Shown here: in pieces, positions 56,095 through 61,416 of the stretch
Numbering within the stretch: position 1 is the stretch's first letter
Layout: every line of letters begins with the position of its first letter
Source of the DNA: Roseibium sp.
GTDB taxonomy: Bacteria > Pseudomonadota > Alphaproteobacteria > Rhizobiales > Stappiaceae
Direction of reading: 5' to 3'
Length of the DNA stretch: 61,416 nucleotides
Assembly: GCF_025698965.1 (NCBI RefSeq)
Contig: NZ_JAILWL010000001.1
Coordinates: forward strand, 1-61,416
Notes under the pieces: generated by a model
Seen by the model: only the letters and a program-made list of their open reading frames with translations
Databases searched by the model: none
Told to the model about the DNA's origin: nothing
Position numbers and translations under genes: made by a program

Positions 56095-57459
56095 TCAATT
56101 GCGGGGAAGGGTAATCCGAACTTCCAGGCCCGGGGCTTTCCCTTGCAGGACGAGACTGCCGTCATGACGTTCCACAACCCTTGCAACGATCGGCAGGCCC
56201 AGACCGCTGCCACCGCCAGATCCTGAAACTTGTCCGAACCGTTGCAGAGCCGTCTGAATGTCCTTGTCGGTGAGACCGACGCCATTGTCCCTGACGACGA
56301 ATGTGACACGATCATCCGTCGCCTCTAGGGAAACCTTGATGCTGCTAAGCTGCTTTCCACCGTGCTTCAAGGCGTTGTCGATCAGATTGGCAACGGCCTC
56401 GCGCACCATCGTCCGGTCACCTGTCACAGAGACGGATGGCGCGCCTTTTTCGAAGTCGATCTGAACACCATTGAGGTCTTTCCCGGAAAATTCCGCTGTC
56501 AGTTCATCAAGCAGATCGCTTAAGGAAAATCTCTCCTTGGTCGACGCGGGACTGATCGATTTCGCGCGTTCATAGGTCAGCAGTTTCTGGGCGAGTTGGC
56601 TGGTTTCCTTCGCTGCCTTCACTAGATCGTCCGCGCGTTCCCGGGCAGATGCCTCGTCTTTCGCCGACCGTACGGCTTCGGCAAGGGACAGAACGCCGGC
56701 AATGGGATTTCGAAGTTGGTGGGCGGCGTTGGAAATGAATTCCGTCTGGTTTGCCATCGCCTGGGAAACCTGTCCCAGAAGTCGGTTCAAGGTGCGTACG
56801 ATCCCTTCGACTTCAACAGGTACGGGCCTGCGGATCGGTTTCAGATCCTCACCGGAGCGCAAATCGATGGCTTGCTGGAGATCGTTCAAAGGATGAAGTC
56901 CAATCCGGATGCCGAACCAGACGATAAGAGTGAGCGAGGTGATGATGGAGGAAATCGTGATCAGGGAACGGAGCATGAGATCCCGCACGAACTTGGAGCG
57001 ATCCGTCACGTTTTGCCAGACCGTGGTTGTGAAAATACCACTGAAACCATCAACTTGCATGCGCGTTCTCATCCGGAATCCACGAACTTCGCGTCCCAGA
57101 TACTCACCGTTGAAATAAACCGGGCTAAGGTCGCTGTCTGTCGTGCGTGGAATGCCTGCGGGCGGGGTGGCGTATCCGGCAACGATGACGCCATCGGGGG
57201 CATAGACATGATAAAAGACCCGCCCTCCGGAAGTGTCTGACAGGATCTTCCGCGTGCCGGGAGCAAGAGCGTCTCCGCTTGAAAGGGCCACATCGTTGGT
57301 GACTGCGAGGGCTGCTGATTGCAGGCTGCGATCAAAAACCTCTCCGGCCGTTATCCTTGCGTTGTTGAGCTGCCAAAGCCCCGTAGCGCCTGCAACGAAC
57401 AGGAGTGGGACAAGGATGATCAGCGTCAGGCGAATGCGAAGAGAATAGGTTCTCTTCAT
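56095..57459 (-). CDS. tctE: sensor histidine kinase (TctE-like)
   Basis: 2CSK_N-like N-terminus (FDRSL), NAAHQLRNP H-box, NLIDNALKH, GSGLGL. Confidence 0.82.
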   Translation of the reverse strand: MKRTYSLRIRLTLIILVPLLFVAGATGLWQLNNARITAGEVFDRSLQSAALAVTNDVALSSGDALAPGTRKILSDTSGGRVFYHVYAPDGVIVAGYATPPAGIPRTTDSDLSPVYFNGEYLGREVRGFRMRTRMQVDGFSGIFTTTVWQNVTDRSKFVRDLMLRSLITISSIITSLTLIVWFGIRIGLHPLNDLQQAIDLRSGEDLKPIRRPVPVEVEGIVRTLNRLLGQVSQAMANQTEFISNAAHQLRNPIAGVLSLAEAVRSAKDEASARERADDLVKAAKETSQLAQKLLTYERAKSISPASTKERFSLSDLLDELTAEFSGKDLNGVQIDFEKGAPSVSVTGDRTMVREAVANLIDNALKHGGKQLSSIKVSLEATDDRVTFVVRDNGVGLTDKDIQTALQRFGQVSGSGGGSGLGLPIVARVVERHDGSLVLQGKAPGLEVRITLPRN

Positions 57460-58127
57460 GTTTCGGACCTGTTCAGGGAGTATCCGAGGCCTCGGTGGAC
57501 CTGGATGTTGACACCGTAGGGGCTCAGCCTTTTGCGCAAGCGGGAGACATAGACCTCAATAACTTTCTCATCTGTCTCGCTTCCCGCGCCATAAAGCTGA
57601 TCCAGAAGACTTGCTTTTGAAACGGTGCGCCCGTTCGCCTGTACCAACCCGGCCAGCAGGGCGAGCTCCCGTCTTGGAACTTCCAGCGCAACATTTCCTT
57701 CAAGCAATTGCAGTGCGCCGAGGTCGAACTTGAGAGGACCGACCTCCTGCAAGTGCCGCGGTGCGGTTGCCTTGCGCCGACCGAGTGCGCGAATTCGGGC
57801 TGCCAGTTCTTCCATCTCGAAGGGTTTGACAAGGTAATCGTCTGCCCCGGCATCCAGCCCCAAAACCCGATCCTGCGTTTCCGACCGGGCGGTCAACAGA
57901 ATGACTGGACGGGGATCGCCGCGTTCTCGCAAACCACGGAGCAGCTCGAGCCCGCTCTTGCCCGGCAGATTGATATCGAGAATGACCAGGTCGCCATCTT
58001 CCTGCTGCAGAAAGTCTTCGGCGTCACCTCCATGATGCAGAACATCGACTGAGTGACCCGCATCTCTCAATTGGTATGCTATGCCTTTGGCAAGGCTCAC
58101 GTTATCTTCGACCAGCGCAATCCGCAT
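57456..58127 (-). CDS. tctD: OmpR-family response regulator (TctD-like)
   Basis: LVEDN, LDINLP, GADDYLVKPF, IEVYVSRLRKRL, RGLGY; divergent from tctC. Confidence 0.85.
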   Translation of the reverse strand: MRIALVEDNVSLAKGIAYQLRDAGHSVDVLHHGGDAEDFLQQEDGDLVILDINLPGKSGLELLRGLRERGDPRPVILLTARSETQDRVLGLDAGADDYLVKPFEMEELAARIRALGRRKATAPRHLQEVGPLKFDLGALQLLEGNVALEVPRRELALLAGLVQANGRTVSKASLLDQLYGAGSETDEKVIEVYVSRLRKRLSPYGVNIQVHRGLGYSLNRSET

Positions 58128-58144
58128 ATTTTTTTCTTTTTCGA

Positions 58145-58164
58145 TGAAAGCTTATTGCAAGCTT
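58145..58164. promoter_or_regulatory. tandem direct repeat, putative TctD site
   Basis: TGAAAGCTT and TGCAAGCTT spaced 11 bp, typical OmpR-family geometry. Confidence 0.45.
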
Positions 58165-58255
58165 CGCAGGGAAATCTTGATGCATCAAGCCGCTTTTGAG
58201 CGGCCTGACCGCGCGGTGGACGTAACCGGTCTGCCTGCGCCATTGGGAGGAAAAA

Positions 58256-59362
58256 ATGGTTCTTAAGAAGCTTGCGCGTCAACTGACGCTCAGTGTCATG
58301 TGTGCTGCTGGTGCTCTTGCTCCGGCTCAGGCACTCGCGGAAGGCATTGACCTTTCCGGCAAAACGGTCGAGTGGGTTATTCCGTTTTCTGAAACCGGTG
58401 GATCAGCCAAATGGGCCAACTTCTATGCCCCCTTGCTCAGCGAAGCATTGCCCGGCAATCCAACCGTTGTAGTAAAATTCATGCCAGGTGCGGGCTCGAC
58501 AAAGGGCGCGAACTGGTTTCAGAACCAGAAGTTCGATGACAGCCAGGGCACCGTGATTTTCGGATCTTCCGGCTCGACCCAGTTCCCGTATCTCCTCGGC
58601 GACCCGCGGGTTCGTTACGAGTACAAGGACTGGAACGTCGTTCTGGCATCCGGAACCGGAGGTGTCGCCTATCTGCCGCCTGATCTTGCAGACAAGATGA
58701 ACGGTGAAGACGCCAGCGCCTTGCGTGACGTTGACTTCATCTATGGTTCGCAAGGTGCAACCCGTCTTGATCTGGTGCCTTTGCTTGCATGGGAAATGCT
58801 GGGCCTGAAAGTGGAACCGGTATTTGGCATCAAGGGTCGAGGTGATGGCCGGCTGATGTTTGAGCGCGGCGAAGCCAATATCGATTACCAGACATCGTCA
58901 TCGTATCTGAAAGGCGTGACACCACTGGTCGAGGCCGGAACGGCCGTGCCGATGATGACCTGGGGGGCACTGAATCCCGAGGGCGATATCGTTCGCGATC
59001 CGACTTTCCCGGACATTCCCACCTTCAAGGAAGTCTGCGAAGCGACGGACGGGTGTGAGACAAGCGGCGAAAAATGGGACGCCTGGAAGGCATTCTTCAT
59101 TTCCGGTTTCCCGGCACAGAAGATGGTTTTTCTGCCGAACGGCGCCTCTCCGGAGGCAGTCCTCACTTACTCCCAGGCATTCGAGAAGATCAAGGCACGG
59201 GATGACTTCGCCGAAATCTCTGCCGGTCGTCTCGGCAAATATCCTCAGATGACTGGTGGCAAGGCCCAAGGTGCACTGAAAAACGCGACCGAAGTTCCCG
59301 ACAGCGCAAAGGCCTTTGTCGTGACCTGGCTGAAGGATCGCTACGGCGTCTCCTTGAAGTAA
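58256..59362 (+). CDS. tctC: tripartite tricarboxylate transporter substrate-binding protein
   Basis: Signal peptide; GKTVEWVIPFSETGG, MPGAGS, FERGEANID; precedes tctA. Confidence 0.85.
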   Translation: MVLKKLARQLTLSVMCAAGALAPAQALAEGIDLSGKTVEWVIPFSETGGSAKWANFYAPLLSEALPGNPTVVVKFMPGAGSTKGANWFQNQKFDDSQGTVIFGSSGSTQFPYLLGDPRVRYEYKDWNVVLASGTGGVAYLPPDLADKMNGEDASALRDVDFIYGSQGATRLDLVPLLAWEMLGLKVEPVFGIKGRGDGRLMFERGEANIDYQTSSSYLKGVTPLVEAGTAVPMMTWGALNPEGDIVRDPTFPDIPTFKEVCEATDGCETSGEKWDAWKAFFISGFPAQKMVFLPNGASPEAVLTYSQAFEKIKARDDFAEISAGRLGKYPQMTGGKAQGALKNATEVPDSAKAFVVTWLKDRYGVSLK

Positions 59363-59370
59363 GAAGACCA

Positions 59371-59397
59371 GCCCGCCTGGGAGATATCCGGGCGGGC
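59371..59397 (+). terminator. intercistronic stem-loop after tctC
   Basis: GCCCGCCTGG-GAGATAT-CCGGGCGGGC, no U-tract. Confidence 0.5.
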
Positions 59398-59428
59398 ATC
59401 CCACGAAATTCAAATCAGAGACGATCCA

Positions 59429-61416
59429 GTGGACATTCTTGGTACCGCTATGCCTGCGCTCGCCGAGGCGTCAGCGATGATCTTACAGCCTGCGGTTCTC
59501 GGCTACCTCATTCTCGGCGTGGTCATGGGACTTTGCGTTGGCGTCTTCCCCGGTCTCGGCGGTATTGCGGGTCTGTCCCTGCTGCTGCCGTTCATGTTCG
59601 GCATGGACCCGGTCCTCGGCCTTGCCCTGATGATCGGTATGGTGGCGGTTGTGCCCACGTCCGACACATTCGCTTCGGTTCTGATGGGCATTCCCGGATC
59701 TTCCGCCTCGCAAGCCACCGTCCTTGATGGTTTCCCATTGGCGAAAAAGGGCGAGGCCGCCCGCGCCTTGTCGGCGGCCTTTGCTTCATCTCTGTTCGGT
59801 GGTCTGGTTGGTGCGGCATTCTTGACCCTTTTCATTCTGGTCGCCCGACCGATCGTGCTTCAGTTCCGGACGCCCGAATTGCTGATGATCACGCTTTTCG
59901 GTCTGTCGATGGTTGGCATTCTCGCCGGACAGGTCGCCATCAAAGGCATTGTGGCTGCAGGCCTTGGTCTGATGGTGGGAACGATAGGTGAGGGCGACAG
60001 TGCCGGTGCCCTGCGCATGGCAACCTACGACATGCCGTATCTAACGGACGGTCTGAAATTGGTGATCGTTGGTCTTGGCATTTTCGCCATCCCGGAAATC
60101 GTTGCTCTCTTGCGCCAGGATCGAGCCATTTCGGAGCGCTCCATGCTTGGTGGGGGCTGGCTTCATGGCGTGCGCGATTGGTTTTCGAATATCTGGCTCA
60201 GCGTGCGTTGTTCCCTGATCGGTGTGACGGTCGGTGTCATTCCCGGGCTTGGCGGTTCGGTTGTCGACTGGATTGCCTATGGCCATACGGTTCAAACCTC
60301 AAAGGACAAGTCCAAATTCGGCAATGGCGACATCCGGGGTGTGATTGGGCCGGAGAGTTCCAACAATGCCAAGGAAGGCGGCGGTCTGGTGCCAACCCTG
60401 TTGTTCGGTATTCCCGGGTCCGGATCCATGGCCGTCTTCATCGGCGCAGTTGCGCTGCTCGGCTCGGGACAGATCGAAGTCGGTCCGTCCATGCTTAAGA
60501 ACAATCTGGATGTCACATACGCGATCGTCTGGCTGCTGGCGCTCGCCAATGTTGCCGGAACGATCATCTGCATTCTGGGCTCCAGTGGCATTGCGCGACT
60601 GACAACCATTCCCTTTGCGTTGCTGGCGCCATTCCTCTTCATGATCATCTCGTTCGCCGCGTTCCAGTCGGGGCAGAACCTGATGGATCTGGTGGCCCTG
60701 TTCAGCATCGGTCTGCTCGGCATTCTCATGCGCCGGTTCGATTGGTCCCGGCCTGCGTTCCTGATCGGGTTCGTTTTGTCCAATCCGGCGGAAACCTACA
60801 CCAATCAGGCCGTTCAGATTGCCGCTTCCAGGTTCCGCAAAAGCTTTTCCGACGGAGTGGAGTACATCTTCTCACCGATCGTGATTGTCCTGATCATCAT
60901 TACGGTGATTTCGGTGTTTGTTGGTCTGCGACAGTCGAAAAACATCAGGGCGGAAGGTGAGGTTGCGGTTGGCACGAAACGCGCGCCGCTCATCTTCCTG
61001 ATTGCCATCCTGGCCTACCTTGTCTTTGCCTTCACCAATGCCTCGCTCATTCCGGATTATGCTTCCGCGGATCGCGTGTTCCCGCAATTTGTCGGGCTGG
61101 TTTCGATTGTCGGATGCGCGGTCCTTCTTTTCCGTATGCGCTCGGCATCGGAAAAGGATCCGCTTTTCTGTGACAGCGAGGTCGGCAATTCGGAAAACAA
61201 CAGGCACGGTCTTTGGGCAACACTCGCCTGGTTTGCCGGCCTTCTCATCCTGACGTCTCTGGTCGGATTCATACTGGCGTTGGCCGTATTCCTTGTCGCC
61301 TTCATTCATTTCCGTGCAGGGCGGAACCTCACTTACGCGCTCCTTTATGGGGGCTGTGGTGTCGTTTTCATGTGCGCCATGGCGTGGCTGCTCAATCGGG
61401 ATTTCCCACCGGGGGT
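59429..61416 (+). CDS. tctA: tripartite tricarboxylate transporter TctA with C-terminal TctB-like fusion (3'-truncated; absent from the ORF track)
   Basis: GTG 59429 MDILGTAMP...; VGVFPGLGG, LMGIPGSSAS, GPESSNNAKEGG, LLFGIPGSG. The frame continues past ~490 aa into four further TM segments ending ...NRDFPPG. Confidence 0.88.
   Translation, partial: MDILGTAMPALAEASAMILQPAVLGYLILGVVMGLCVGVFPGLGGIAGLSLLLPFMFGMDPVLGLALMIGMVAVVPTSDTFASVLMGIPGSSASQATVLDGFPLAKKGEAARALSAAFASSLFGGLVGAAFLTLFILVARPIVLQFRTPELLMITLFGLSMVGILAGQVAIKGIVAAGLGLMVGTIGEGDSAGALRMATYDMPYLTDGLKLVIVGLGIFAIPEIVALLRQDRAISERSMLGGGWLHGVRDWFSNIWLSVRCSLIGVTVGVIPGLGGSVVDWIAYGHTVQTSKDKSKFGNGDIRGVIGPESSNNAKEGGGLVPTLLFGIPGSGSMAVFIGAVALLGSGQIEVGPSMLKNNLDVTYAIVWLLALANVAGTIICILGSSGIARLTTIPFALLAPFLFMIISFAAFQSGQNLMDLVALFSIGLLGILMRRFDWSRPAFLIGFVLSNPAETYTNQAVQIAASRFRKSFSDGVEYIFSPIVIVLIIITVISVFVGLRQSKNIRAEGEVAVGTKRAPLIFLIAILAYLVFAFTNASLIPDYASADRVFPQFVGLVSIVGCAVLLFRMRSASEKDPLFCDSEVGNSENNRHGLWATLAWFAGLLILTSLVGFILALAVFLVAFIHFRAGRNLTYALLYGGCGVVFMCAMAWLLNRDFPPG

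Noticed and set aside
59429-61416. Apparent gene-free or pseudogene region in the ORF track
   Set aside because: The segments translated by hand (start, internal TctA motifs and the last ~500 bp) are all in one frame, consistent with a single tctA ORF omitted because its stop lies beyond the window.
1-61416. rRNA, tRNA, CRISPR or prophage genes
   Set aside because: None recognised; intergenic gaps are short and accounted for by promoters or hairpins.

Overview
A 61.4-kb, GC-rich alphaproteobacterial chromosomal segment; gene content and style suggest a marine Rhizobiales/Stappiaceae such as Roseibium/Labrenzia, which is inference only. From left to right: (1) cbb3 oxidase ccoNOQP-ccoGHIS with an Fnr/FixK box; (2) small genes, aroQ, a CtrA-boxed priming sugar transferase and ugd; (3) urtABCDE, an orphan family-5 binding protein, and a permease-fused hybrid kinase with a LuxR-type response regulator; (4) a GntR/FadR regulator and an Irr-like Fur protein divergent from a sitABCD-type Mn/Fe transporter with Mur/Fur boxes; (5) a ~21.5-kb alginate-like exopolysaccharide locus (algD, alg44, alg8, SGNH protein, Sel1/AlgK-like protein, AlgI-like MBOAT, RTX protein, degenerate PMM-like HAD, NUDIX); (6) tcuRAB, tctDE, tctC and a fused tctA-tctB that runs off the end. 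The EPS locus carries its own heme-c/FixL-PAS hybrid kinase and LuxO-like sigma54 activator, and five of its promoters share a sigma54 + IHF-like layout, with a shared upstream repeat clear at three. The locus is interrupted by a ~2.95-kb AT-richer element encoding a small Hin/resolvase-type serine recombinase and five short orphan ORFs. Joined together, the element's ends rebuild a 26-bp hix-like crossover site with a GA core. The right-end motif (GTGACTCATAAGGAGCC) recurs at internal gene junctions, where it supplies stop codons and ribosome-binding sites like a cassette array. The recombinase element and the regulated minimal alginate-like system are the two best candidates for an undescribed system. 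No rRNA, tRNA or CRISPR array was seen. All product calls come from motif recognition by eye, with no database searches.
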